From positions 257,235-321,234 of the forward strand of contig JBAZFH010000002.1 in assembly GCA_041653535.1 (NCBI GenBank): 64,000 nt of DNA, written 5' to 3'. The translations under genes were made by a program, and so were the position numbers. This document shows positions 26,505 to 36,376 of the stretch, one piece after another (the first letter of the stretch is position 1; each line of letters opens with the position of its first letter). Source of the stretch: Patescibacteria group bacterium. Its GTDB lineage: Bacteria; Patescibacteriota; Patescibacteriia; JACRDY01. The notes under the pieces were generated by a model, which saw nothing but the letters and a program-made list of their open reading frames with translations, was not told the origin of the DNA and made no database searches.

Positions 26505-27761
26505 ATGAGACATCGAGATAAGCCTATTATTCAGTCTCTATTGGATATGGATTTTTACAAATTTACCATGGGTCAGTTCATTTTTCGTTATTATCCTGAC
26601 CTGCAGGTCAGGTTCGCTTTGACCAACCGTACCAAAAGCGTGCGTTTGGCTGACATGATTGACCTGGGACAACTGCGAGAAGAACTGGAACATTTGCGTA
26701 GCTTGCGGTTTACCAAAAGTGAACTGCATTATCTTCGTGGCACCAACGAGTACGGCGATCGAATGTTTGGTGAAGATTATCTCACCTTTTTGTCCGAACT
26801 TCGTATGCCCGAATTTCATTTGGAAAAGCGAAGCGATGGGCAAATTAATCTCTGGTCCGAAGGCGACTGGCCCTCGGTCTCTCCTGGGGAAACCCCCGGT
26901 CTGGCTATCTTGGCCGAACTGTACTGTCGGCATCTGACCAAAGACATGACCCGTTTCGAGCTCGAAGCGGTTCGCGCCAACGGCATCATGCGTTTGCAGG
27001 AAAAACACCGCAAGTTGCGCCAGTATCCGTTTATTAAATATTCGGATTTTGGTCATCGGCGCCGTGCTTACCGGGACTGGCATGATTTCGTTGTTAGTGT
27101 CGAGGCTGAAGAAATGGCTGGACAGTTTCTCGGTACTTCCGATGCTTGGCTGGCCATGAAATACGGTCTTCTTCCTATGGGCACCAATGCTCATGAGTTG
27201 GGAATGGTGATTGCGGCATTTTTGGCTATCACGGAAGGTGACGCCGGTATCCTGCGCGCCAATCGCGAGATCGTCGATAAGTGGTGGCAGATGTATGGTC
27301 AGGGTCTGTCGATTGCCTTGCCCGACACTTTCGGCTCGGATACTTTTTTGCAGACAATGAACGGTCTCGACGCGGTGAAATGGAAGGGTTTCCGTCACGA
27401 CAGCGGTGACCCGATCGAATTCGGCGAAAAGATCATTAATTTTTACGAAGGGTTCGGTGTTGATCCGCGAGAACACATAATCGTCTTTTCCGACGGTCTC
27501 AATGTGGACGAGATTATTCGTCTAGCCCTGCACTTCAAGGACAGGATCAAGGTGTCTTTTGGTTGGGGTACGACTCTGACCAATGACCTGGGTTTCAAAA
27601 ACCTGTCCATTGTCATCAAGGTGGCTTCGGCTAACGGCCAACCGGCGGTGAAACTGTCTGACAATATCGCCAAAGCGGTCAGTCCGTCGCCGGAAGAGAT
27701 TGAACGTTACAAGCGTTTGTTCGGCTACCATGCGCAGTTCGAAGTGGTTCCTACGGTTTAA
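26505..27761 (+). CDS. pncB: nicotinate phosphoribosyltransferase
   Basis: N-terminus IIQSLLDMDFYKFTMGQ plus NAPRTase core. RBS AAGGAGAAAAAAG before the ATG at 26505, which is in frame with the longer ORF-track call. Confidence 0.8.
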   Translation: MRHRDKPIIQSLLDMDFYKFTMGQFIFRYYPDLQVRFALTNRTKSVRLADMIDLGQLREELEHLRSLRFTKSELHYLRGTNEYGDRMFGEDYLTFLSELRMPEFHLEKRSDGQINLWSEGDWPSVSPGETPGLAILAELYCRHLTKDMTRFELEAVRANGIMRLQEKHRKLRQYPFIKYSDFGHRRRAYRDWHDFVVSVEAEEMAGQFLGTSDAWLAMKYGLLPMGTNAHELGMVIAAFLAITEGDAGILRANREIVDKWWQMYGQGLSIALPDTFGSDTFLQTMNGLDAVKWKGFRHDSGDPIEFGEKIINFYEGFGVDPREHIIVFSDGLNVDEIIRLALHFKDRIKVSFGWGTTLTNDLGFKNLSIVIKVASANGQPAVKLSDNIAKAVSPSPEEIERYKRLFGYHAQFEVVPTV

Positions 27762-27988
27762 CAATGTTCCCGGGCATCCCATGTGGTGCCCGGTTCTGAC
27801 CAGGGAAGAGTAAAAATGGCACGCGGCACGAAGCACGTGGCAAAAAAAATGGCACGCGGCGAGCCTACGCAGCCGTGCGCTATTTATTCATCCTGGTCAG
27901 GAGAAAGCAGTACTTTGAAAATTTAAACAAAAAAATCAATTCACGTTTTTTTTCGTTTAAGAAAATACGAAGAAAGGAAGGTGGTTAA

Positions 27989-30040
27989 ATGAAGGCAGAT
28001 CGTTTTCTTGATATCCGTAATCATGGGTTTTTTCGTGTGGCAGCGGTAATTCCGCGGGTGTTTTTGGCTGACCCCAAGGTAAACGGCGAAGAGCACCTGA
28101 AGGTTTTACGGACATTGTACGACGAGGGCGTTATGTATGCTGTTTTTCCGGAGCTTAGCCTGACGGGTTATAGCAACGGAGACCTTTTTCAGCAAAAGAT
28201 TTTGCTGGAAGAGGCTCTGACAGAGCTGAAATTTTTGGTTAGCGAGACTGCCAGTTGGTCGATGATTATTACGGTTGGTATGCCGCTTTTGATCGAAGAT
28301 CAACTTTTTAACGTCGCCGTGACTTTTTGTCGCGGTGAGGTACTGGGTATCGCGCCGAAAAGCTATCTTCCCAACTATCGCGAATTCTATGAAGGACGGT
28401 GGTTTACCAAAGCTGCCGATGCTCGGAAAAAGGAAGTCGAGCTTTTTGGTCGAATGGTTCCTTTTGGTGCTGACGTTCTGATTCGTTCGACGTTAAATCG
28501 GAATTTCATTCTTCACACCGAAATTTGTGAAGATATCTGGGTACCGATTTCTCCCGGCGCTATCGCGGCGATTTCCGGAGCTACCGTACTCGTCAATTTG
28601 TCGGCGTCTAATATTACTATCGGTAAAACGGAATATCGTCGGCAGTTGGCTCTTAATTCGTCGGGTAAAAACGTCGCCGCTCAAATTTACGTCGCTGCCG
28701 GTTTTGGCGAATCGACCAGTGATTTGTCTTGGGATGGCAGCGCATTTGTCGCTGAGCGTGGTACCATGCTCAGCGAATCAAAGCGTTTTCAGATGGAAAG
28801 TCATTATATCATTGCCGATGTCGACGTTGATTCTCTGCAGACGGAAAGAGCGCGGCAAAATTCTTTTCAGGAAAACGCGGCGGTTTATCGGCAGCCGATG
28901 CGTATGGCGGTGGCGGAAGACAAGTCCGTTCCGGACTTCCTTAATACCTATGTCTTTGATGAATTGCGGCGTAATATTGAGCCGCAGCCATTTGTGCCGT
29001 CGGACCCGACTCGTCGTAGCGAACGATGCTACGAAACATTCAATATCCAGGCAGGAGCGTTGGCACAGCGCTTGCTCCAGTTTCCGGTTGAAAGCCGCAA
29101 AATCGTTTTAGGGGTTTCCGGAGGGCTGGATTCGACCCACGCTTTTTTGATCGCGGCTCATACCATGGATATCATGGGTTTGCCGCGCAGCAATATTTTG
29201 GCGGTAACTATGCCGGGGTTTGGGACAACGGGTCGGACGTATCATAATGCCGTTGCCTTGATTAAAGCAATCGGTGCTACGTTCTATGAGATTCCGATCA
29301 AGAATATTTCAACTGTCATGTTTGAAAACATCGGCTATGATCCCTCTTTGGAAGGGGATAAAAAAAGCTTGGTGTTTGAAAACGTGCAGGCCTGGGAACG
29401 GACAATGACACTCTTCTCGGTTTCGGCCAAAGAAGGTGGTATTGTTCTTGGCACTGGTGATCTGTCCGAACTGTTAATCGGCTGGGCGACCTATGGTGGT
29501 GATCACATGTCCCACTACGGCGTCAACGCCGATGTGCCCAAAACCCTGATTCGCTATTTGGTGTCTTGGGCGCGGGACGAGATTTTTGCCAAAGAAGCGC
29601 GGGTTCAGACGGTCCTCAATGACATTTTGGACACTCCGGTTTCGCCTGAATTATTGCCGACTACCAGGGATGGCAATATTGCTCAGAAGACCGAAGACAT
29701 TGTCGGTCCATATGAGTTGATCGACTTTTTCGGATATTGGATCGTTCGTTTTGGTTTTACGCCGTACAAGGTGGCGCGCCTGGCATTGCATGCTTTCGAC
29801 GGCAAATACACTATCGGCGAAATCAAAAATTGGCTCGGCTACTTTGTTGACGATGACGGAAAAAAACATCTCGGTTTTCTCCCGCGGTTTTTCCGCAATC
29901 AGTTCAAGCGCAACTGTTTACCGGACGGACCCAAGGTTGGTCTTACTTCTGTTTCGCCTCGTGGCGACTGGCGTATGCCGTCGGATGCGCGCGTAACTTC
30001 CTGGATGGACAGCTGGGAGGAGATTCCCTATTTATATTAA
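27989..30040 (+). CDS. nadE: glutamine-dependent NAD+ synthetase (nitrilase-like domain plus NAD synthetase domain)
   Basis: N-terminal CN-hydrolase domain (FPELSLTGY, catalytic ICEDIW) and C-terminal PP-loop VLGVSGGLDSTHAF. Confidence 0.85.
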   Translation: MKADRFLDIRNHGFFRVAAVIPRVFLADPKVNGEEHLKVLRTLYDEGVMYAVFPELSLTGYSNGDLFQQKILLEEALTELKFLVSETASWSMIITVGMPLLIEDQLFNVAVTFCRGEVLGIAPKSYLPNYREFYEGRWFTKAADARKKEVELFGRMVPFGADVLIRSTLNRNFILHTEICEDIWVPISPGAIAAISGATVLVNLSASNITIGKTEYRRQLALNSSGKNVAAQIYVAAGFGESTSDLSWDGSAFVAERGTMLSESKRFQMESHYIIADVDVDSLQTERARQNSFQENAAVYRQPMRMAVAEDKSVPDFLNTYVFDELRRNIEPQPFVPSDPTRRSERCYETFNIQAGALAQRLLQFPVESRKIVLGVSGGLDSTHAFLIAAHTMDIMGLPRSNILAVTMPGFGTTGRTYHNAVALIKAIGATFYEIPIKNISTVMFENIGYDPSLEGDKKSLVFENVQAWERTMTLFSVSAKEGGIVLGTGDLSELLIGWATYGGDHMSHYGVNADVPKTLIRYLVSWARDEIFAKEARVQTVLNDILDTPVSPELLPTTRDGNIAQKTEDIVGPYELIDFFGYWIVRFGFTPYKVARLALHAFDGKYTIGEIKNWLGYFVDDDGKKHLGFLPRFFRNQFKRNCLPDGPKVGLTSVSPRGDWRMPSDARVTSWMDSWEEIPYLY

Positions 30041-30246
30041 CATTCAACAAAACCCCTGTGTCAATAGATGATGCGGGGGTTTTTAATTAGTATATAGATC
30101 TTAGTATAGAGTATATAGAGTATATAGGGTAAATACAAATACTAAATACTATATATCAAGACCTAAATACTTTGTCTTTGTCGGTCTTAGCATGTTGTGA
30201 TAGACTTAAGGAGTAATATAGAAATAATTCATAATCTCTAAACCCT

Positions 30247-31272
30247 ATGACTAATTGGTCAACTTGGTCTATGCCAAAAAAAATCGGCGCGGTAGCTGGG
30301 CTGGTTATCGTGCTTTTGGTAGTAGTAGGTTTTGTCTTGTCTTTAGTGCCCACCGCCTACAACGCTAATAAAAACGGAAGAATATTTAGTTTTGCCGAAT
30401 CTGATGATGCCGGATTTGCAACCGGAGCAGGCAGTGCTCGCAATTCCGTTGTCATGAACTCTTTAGATTTAGCAGTCAGTGAAGAAATGGTTCCCAGCGT
30501 CGTCAGTCAAAAAGCGGTAGTCGGCAATCAAATTGTGGCACAAGATGGTGAGATGACCGCCAAAAAAATTATCCGTGACGGTAGTCTTGGTTTATTTGTA
30601 ATCAGTCCCGAAGAAGCAATAAAGCAGGTGGAAGAACTGGCTAAGGTCGCCGGCGGTTTTGTGCAAAATTCACAGATTTACGAAGTGCGTAACGGTGTTA
30701 AAGCCGGTTCGGTCATTATTCGAGTGCCGGCTGACAAATTTGAAGCGACAATCACCGAAATAAAAAAATTAGCCAAAGAAATTGACAGGGAAGAAGTTGA
30801 TTCCAGGGATGTTACCGAGCAGTTTATTGATTTAGAAGCGCGGCTACATAATGCACAGGCGGAAGAAGCCAGATATTTGGAAATCATGGGTCGAGCGCAA
30901 ACCATTAAAGACACCCTTGATGTTTCTGAACGTCTGGGCAGTGTTCGCGAGCGAATAGAAATATTAACCGGGCAGCTGCAATATTTGTCTCGACAGGTTG
31001 ATATGTCGACAATCAATGTTAGCCTGTCGTCTTATGACGATGTGAAAGTTTTCGGACTACGCTGGAGACCGCTTTATGAGATCAAAAAATCTTTCCGCGA
31101 AATGCTGACAGGTTTGACTTCATATATCGATACTATGTTGGCGTTGATTATCAATCTGCCGGTTATTATTCTTTGGATTGTCACTGTCGGTTTTATTTTG
31201 TGGGTTATTTGGAAGCTATTACGATGGATTAATAGACGTTTTATCAAAAAAAATGCTCCAGATATCAGTTAG
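30247..31272 (+). CDS. DUF4349-like membrane-anchored coiled-coil protein
   Basis: N-terminal TM, central coiled coil (EARLHNAQAEEARYLEIMGRAQTIKD...), C-terminal TM. The architecture is typical of DUF4349. Confidence 0.5.
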   Translation: MTNWSTWSMPKKIGAVAGLVIVLLVVVGFVLSLVPTAYNANKNGRIFSFAESDDAGFATGAGSARNSVVMNSLDLAVSEEMVPSVVSQKAVVGNQIVAQDGEMTAKKIIRDGSLGLFVISPEEAIKQVEELAKVAGGFVQNSQIYEVRNGVKAGSVIIRVPADKFEATITEIKKLAKEIDREEVDSRDVTEQFIDLEARLHNAQAEEARYLEIMGRAQTIKDTLDVSERLGSVRERIEILTGQLQYLSRQVDMSTINVSLSSYDDVKVFGLRWRPLYEIKKSFREMLTGLTSYIDTMLALIINLPVIILWIVTVGFILWVIWKLLRWINRRFIKKNAPDIS

Positions 31273-31481
31273 TGAAAATAAGTAAAAAATGGCTTAAATT
31301 ACAGTAAAGAACATAAAAATAGATCGTCTAAAGTAGGCGGTCTGTTTTATTATTGACAAAAAATAATAAATAGGCTGTATTGTTATAATATCCAAAAATA
31401 GAAGAAGGTCTGTTTTTGGGTCTGAAATTTGAAAAAAATAAGGAAAAAGTTTTCATTCCACGATAACAGAAGGAGGTCTAG

Positions 31482-33404
31482 ATGAATTATTGGTTTATTG
31501 GTTTGTTAGTTGCTTTTCTGCCGGTGTTTATTTTTTCCGTTTTAGGCGGGATGGTGAGCCGCCGCAATGTTTACAGTACGGTAATAGCCGGTTCGTTTTT
31601 CGGCGCGGCCTACTACTTTTTATGGGTTTTGATCGCGTGGAAAACTGCTGACGGATTCTATGGTCCGTTGCCGTATTTCGGTAGTCTCTTTTTGGCGATA
31701 GTTTTGGGTGGTACTATTGCTACAATTTCCGAGAGTGGCGGTAAGGGATCTGCCGCGCCGGCGGTTATCGGAGCTATATTTATTTTGTTGCCAGCAGTGG
31801 TTGTTACCTGCCAGGGCACCGACATGGTGAGCTCGCAAGAGAAACTAGCTCTTGCCGGCAAAATCGAAATCATCGACGATTCGAATTCCGCTATGACGCC
31901 GGTCGACACCGCACATATCTCGCTCGTCGATGAGGGGATGGCTAAAGTTGCAGCGCAAAATGCGCTCTCCAAGATCCATCTCGAAGACGGTGCGATCGCC
32001 GGCTCGCGTTACTCTATCGGGCACGGCACTAAAGTATTTGCCGATGGGCAGCTTTGGTGGGTGTTCCCTCTGGAGTTTCAAGGTTGGCTGAAATGGCGTG
32101 TCAATCCGGAGGTCCCGGGTTATCTGCGCGTTTCAGCGGAAGATCCTTTTGCTGAGCCGCAGCCTGTTTTGAAGGACAAGACGGGCGAGAAACTCCATAT
32201 CAAATATTTGGGTACCGCTTGCTGGGGATACCAGCTCGAGCGGCACCTGCGCTACAACGGGTACATGAACAAGTACCTGCTTGATTACACCTTTGAACCC
32301 GACGACAACTGGAAGCCGTTCTATACGGTCACGGTTGCCGAAAGAACGATCGGTTTCGAAGGTCTTAAGGTGCTGGGCGTCGCCGTCGTTGATGTTCAGA
32401 CGGGCAAGATTGAATTTCAGGAGATCGGTAAGATCGCTCCCTGGATCGACCGAGTTGTCCCGCTGTATGTCATCGATTATAACCTCAAAAATTGGGGTAT
32501 GTATTCGAATGCCACTTGGTGGTATAACCTTTTGCACAAAGACAAGAGTCAGGCGCCGACTCCTGGTTGGTTTATGACCTATGATCCGGAACATGGGGCG
32601 CAGTGGTTCAGCGGGTTTACCTCGCTGAACAGTGACGACCACGCCATGACTGGGTTTACCGTCACCAATGCTCGTGACGGCGTTACCCGGTTTTTCCGCG
32701 CTTCGGGGTTGACTGAACAAAAGTCTTACGACGCGGCAAATTCGCTCTGGAGCAACTTCGCTGGCGTCGAGCCCTGTGAAATGGTTCCGTACAACATCGA
32801 GGGCGTACAGACGTACGTTATACCGATGAAGTACCAGGGGCAATTTCGCGGGGTTTCCCTTGTTGCTTTGAATAACGTGAATATCAAGGCAAGTGGGAAT
32901 ACTTTCGACCAGGCTTTTGCTAGTTACCGTGCTGTGCGGGCGGCAACTGCTGAGGGTCGAATCGCTCCTGACGGCGGTGCTGCGACGGTTTCGGAAAGTC
33001 GTGGTACTATCGATCGTGTCGGTATGCCTGTGGCAAGCGGCAATATGGTGATTTTCTACTTCACCATGCGAGACATTGCCAAACGTTTTCAAGTGACCGA
33101 TTCGGTTTCCAGTCCCGGCGCAGTCCTGATGCGTTCGGGCGATCAAGCGGTTTGTCGTTATACTTCCGGTCACGCCGCGACGATCTCTTGCGACAGTCTC
33201 GAGATCATCGGCCTGAATTTTTCGGATGACAATCCGGCGCAGGTACGGTTGAACGCCAATCAGGCGCAGGTCAAGCAGGAAGAAAAGCGAGTCGACACCG
33301 ACCAGACTCGCGACCAGTTGCTGAATAGCGACCGGCTCAAAAAAGTTGATCCGCAGGCGTTGCAGCAGTTCCTGAACTCTCAACAGAGTCAGGGCGGCAA
33401 ATAG
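31482..33404 (+). CDS. membrane protein with four N-terminal TM helices and a large extracytoplasmic domain; function unknown
   Basis: 640 aa. RBS AGGAGG. GC-rich coding. Confidence 0.5.
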   Translation: MNYWFIGLLVAFLPVFIFSVLGGMVSRRNVYSTVIAGSFFGAAYYFLWVLIAWKTADGFYGPLPYFGSLFLAIVLGGTIATISESGGKGSAAPAVIGAIFILLPAVVVTCQGTDMVSSQEKLALAGKIEIIDDSNSAMTPVDTAHISLVDEGMAKVAAQNALSKIHLEDGAIAGSRYSIGHGTKVFADGQLWWVFPLEFQGWLKWRVNPEVPGYLRVSAEDPFAEPQPVLKDKTGEKLHIKYLGTACWGYQLERHLRYNGYMNKYLLDYTFEPDDNWKPFYTVTVAERTIGFEGLKVLGVAVVDVQTGKIEFQEIGKIAPWIDRVVPLYVIDYNLKNWGMYSNATWWYNLLHKDKSQAPTPGWFMTYDPEHGAQWFSGFTSLNSDDHAMTGFTVTNARDGVTRFFRASGLTEQKSYDAANSLWSNFAGVEPCEMVPYNIEGVQTYVIPMKYQGQFRGVSLVALNNVNIKASGNTFDQAFASYRAVRAATAEGRIAPDGGAATVSESRGTIDRVGMPVASGNMVIFYFTMRDIAKRFQVTDSVSSPGAVLMRSGDQAVCRYTSGHAATISCDSLEIIGLNFSDDNPAQVRLNANQAQVKQEEKRVDTDQTRDQLLNSDRLKKVDPQALQQFLNSQQSQGGK

Positions 33405-33460
33405 CCGACAGCTTCAACAATCAAAAAGGGGACCCCTGAAAAGGTCCTCTTTTTTCGTTT

Positions 33461-34225
33461 TTAAGTAATTTTTTGTTTTTGTTCTTTGGCTAGCAGGCCG
33501 ACAAAGTAGATTATGCCAATACCAACGATTAGCACGGCAAAGTGGGTTAAGATATTTTTGATTTTTCGTTCCTTGTTGGTCAGAGGTATTAGGTCGGTAC
33601 AGGCAATATAGATAAAGTTACCGGCTGCTAAAGCGATTAGAACCGTGGAAAGCGATTCGATCCTGGAGCTGAGGTAATAAGCCAGTAGTCCGCCAATGAT
33701 ACTAAAACCAGCTGAGATCAGATTGTACAAAAAAACTTTTAGCCTTTTCATTCCATTGTGCATTAGAACGGCGAAGTCGCCGCTTTCTTGTGGTATTTCG
33801 TGGAGCAAGACTGCCAGAGTGGTTACTATGCCGACTCGTAGATCGAGAATAAAAGCACTGGCAATCACCATGCCGTCCAAAAAGTTATGGATCGTGTCGC
33901 TCATGATAATAAGAGAGCTGGAGGCTGAGTGGATTTCGCATTCTTCGTTTTTGTGACAATGATAAACTATTAGCAGTTTTTCTAAAAGATAAAAAAGCAA
34001 AATTCCGGCAAAAACTAAAGCCAGATCAAAACGGATGTTATGGCTTTTTTCTATCAATTCTGGTAGCAAATCGGTAAAAACCGCCATCAGTAAAGCGCCG
34101 ACGGCAAAAGAGACTAGGTAGCTGGAAGCTTTTTTTATTCTTTTTTCTTGCCAAAGCAGCAGCGACCCGCCGCTAAGACCAATCAAGCTGGCGACTGAAA
34201 TGGCAATAACAATATAAATTAACAT
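33461..34225 (-). CDS. zupT: ZIP-family zinc transporter
   Basis: ZIP signature HEIPQESGDF, multiple TM helices and a His-rich loop. Confidence 0.75.
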   Translation of the reverse strand: MLIYIVIAISVASLIGLSGGSLLLWQEKRIKKASSYLVSFAVGALLMAVFTDLLPELIEKSHNIRFDLALVFAGILLFYLLEKLLIVYHCHKNEECEIHSASSSLIIMSDTIHNFLDGMVIASAFILDLRVGIVTTLAVLLHEIPQESGDFAVLMHNGMKRLKVFLYNLISAGFSIIGGLLAYYLSSRIESLSTVLIALAAGNFIYIACTDLIPLTNKERKIKNILTHFAVLIVGIGIIYFVGLLAKEQKQKIT

Positions 34226-34350
34226 AGATCAAGGTATTTTGTTATGTTTTAAATAACTTTAGCACAATTCGGGTAACAAATAAAGACTTGCTAAAAGCAG
34301 AAAATTGAGCTATATTTATTTTAGTAAAATAAATATTTATTTTTTTAATT

Positions 34351-34674
34351 ATGACTAAAAAGATTGTTATCGCTTTTTGTGTCTTGTCGTTAGCTTTTGT
34401 TGTTACTGGATGTGGAAAAAAAGCCCAGTCGGATGTTCAAAAAAATAATACCGAGCAACAGGAAAACGTAAAAGTAAAGCCCGCAGAAGTAGAGCTGCAA
34501 TCTAGACCAGGAGATCAAAAAGAACTGGTTACTAAAAAAAGTCCCAAAGACGTTGATCTGAACGAAGTATCTGCTTTTGTTACGGAAGTACAAACAGCAG
34601 AAGCTGTTGCCGATAGCGAAATAAACAGATTCAATAGTCTCAATGATAATTTAGATAAAGAATTGTCCTTATAG
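34351..34674 (+). CDS. small lipoprotein
   Basis: Signal peptide plus lipobox VTGCG. Confidence 0.45.
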   Translation: MTKKIVIAFCVLSLAFVVTGCGKKAQSDVQKNNTEQQENVKVKPAEVELQSRPGDQKELVTKKSPKDVDLNEVSAFVTEVQTAEAVADSEINRFNSLNDNLDKELSL

Positions 34675-34685
34675 CTTAAAATTAT

Positions 34686-35510
34686 ATGAAAAAAATAAAT
34701 TATATTTTATTTGGGGTTATTGTTTTTTTGGGTCTAGCTTTTTTTGTTCCTGTAATTGCTCAGGAAGAGCCGGCGCAAATTACTCCAGAACAGGTTAACA
34801 GTGAGGCAGGCGCTGTCAGCGGTTTTCGTTCCGCCGACACCGATGAATTAAAAACTGCTTTTTTACAAAAGTTAGGGAGTATGATGATTAATAAAAGGCT
34901 TTTATCTTTGAAGATAATAAATAACAGGCTGGAAAAGTCGGAAAAATTATCATCCGAAATAAAGAATCGTTTGCTTTCCGAAATGGATCGCAATATCAAC
35001 GGTTTGAATAGACTAAAAGACGACATCGCCAACACTTCCGACGTCGCAATACTAAAAGAAAAGGTAAAGTCTATTATTGCTGATTACCAAATTTTTCGCG
35101 TTATGTTGCCGCAATTTAGCGGTTTAGTCGCGGTTGACAGACTAGAAGTTTTTTCTGACAAAATAGTTGAGCTGAGAAATAAGGTACAGTCAAAAATAGA
35201 AGAGGTAAAAAGTTTAGACGGAAACACCGCTGCTGTTGAAGTATTAGTTGTTGTTGCCGACGAGTCGCTCTCTAAAGGCAATGAATCATTGCAGATGGCT
35301 ACAGAAAAACTTTTTTCAATGCAGGCGTCCGATCCAAAAAATGCTATTAGTTTAAAAAAAGAAAGCAAAGGAAAAATTTCCATTGCTAGAGCTGCTTATA
35401 AAGACAGCGAAAAGCAGCTTCGGACCGCTATCAGTGAATTAAAGAAAATTATTGCTGCTGCCGCTGAAGAATCAGATGACGTGAAAGAAGAACCGGCAGG
35501 ATCTGAATAA
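34686..35510 (+). CDS. secreted coiled-coil protein
   Basis: Signal peptide. Heptad-rich, low-complexity sequence. Confidence 0.45.
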   Translation: MKKINYILFGVIVFLGLAFFVPVIAQEEPAQITPEQVNSEAGAVSGFRSADTDELKTAFLQKLGSMMINKRLLSLKIINNRLEKSEKLSSEIKNRLLSEMDRNINGLNRLKDDIANTSDVAILKEKVKSIIADYQIFRVMLPQFSGLVAVDRLEVFSDKIVELRNKVQSKIEEVKSLDGNTAAVEVLVVVADESLSKGNESLQMATEKLFSMQASDPKNAISLKKESKGKISIARAAYKDSEKQLRTAISELKKIIAAAAEESDDVKEEPAGSE

Positions 35511-35661
35511 ATAAAAAAACGTTTTTGTATAAATAATACCCGCGTTTATTTCGCGGGTTTTATTGACAAAAAGATTTTTTGATGGTAAAGTCGAATAATC
35601 GCAATGCGTTATGAAGTTTTGTTTTTTGACAATTATCTTAAAAAATAAGGAGGTGGAAACC

Positions 35662-36165
35662 ATGAGCACGCCTCAAAGCCAAAATACTCATAAGTTCGGC
35701 ATTTTGATTTGGGACAAAGATCCGTCCACCGAAAAAAAATTTAACGCGGTGGTCAAGAGAAATTTACCCAGGCGTTTTGGAGTTGATGTTACTTTAACCC
35801 AAGCAGAAACCGTATCTTCCTTAAAGGAAAAAGTCAATGTCTTTTTTCGGGAAGGAAGAAAGGTTTTGGTTTTTATCTCAGTTGACGATCAGCCGTTTGA
35901 TATCTATCGCGACGTCATCGACCTGGTGGATATAAGATTTTTAAGTAAATGGGAGCTGGTTGTTATTTCGGGAAATTCTAAAATGCAGTATTGGGCGGAT
36001 CGGCTCGGTGTGAGGTTTTTGTCCAGACTGATCTCTCCTTTTCAGTTATCAAGGTTCATTGTCACCGCTCTTAAAATCGAAGGCAGCGGTAATAACAAGG
36101 ATTTAGGACAAACAAATAATTCTTCGCCTTCTCGTTTTGGGGGCACTGATAAAAACAAGCTTTAG
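35662..36165 (+). CDS. hypothetical protein
   Basis: RBS AAGGAGGTGGAAACC before the ATG at 35662. Confidence 0.45.
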   Translation: MSTPQSQNTHKFGILIWDKDPSTEKKFNAVVKRNLPRRFGVDVTLTQAETVSSLKEKVNVFFREGRKVLVFISVDDQPFDIYRDVIDLVDIRFLSKWELVVISGNSKMQYWADRLGVRFLSRLISPFQLSRFIVTALKIEGSGNNKDLGQTNNSSPSRFGGTDKNKL

Positions 36166-36376
36166 CCGGACGGTATTATAGCAAATAGTACCGGTGAATT
36201 ACGTCATAAAATAACCGTTCTCTTATTTAATAAGCAGAGCGGTTTTTCTTTTGACTTTAGCTAAAAAACGGATATAATAGAGGGGATAAGGAAATTAAGA
36301 AATAAAGAAATTAGACAGATTGTTAATATTTCATTTCTTAATTTCTTTGTTTCTTTATTTCTAATTTTCATTTTTT

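Noticed and set aside
26538-27476. 312-aa minus-strand ORF antisense to pncB
   Set aside because: The sense strand carries a clear NAPRTase sequence. The antisense ORF is a GC-rich artefact.
32133-33383. 416-aa minus-strand ORF
   Set aside because: It is fully antisense to the 640-aa membrane protein gene, which has an RBS and TM helices. A long antisense ORF is expected in GC-rich coding DNA. It has no start context and no motif.
36255-36376. T-box riboswitch upstream of asnS
   Set aside because: No AGGGUGGNACCGCG T-box consensus and no specifier-loop context. Only an AT-rich inverted repeat is present.
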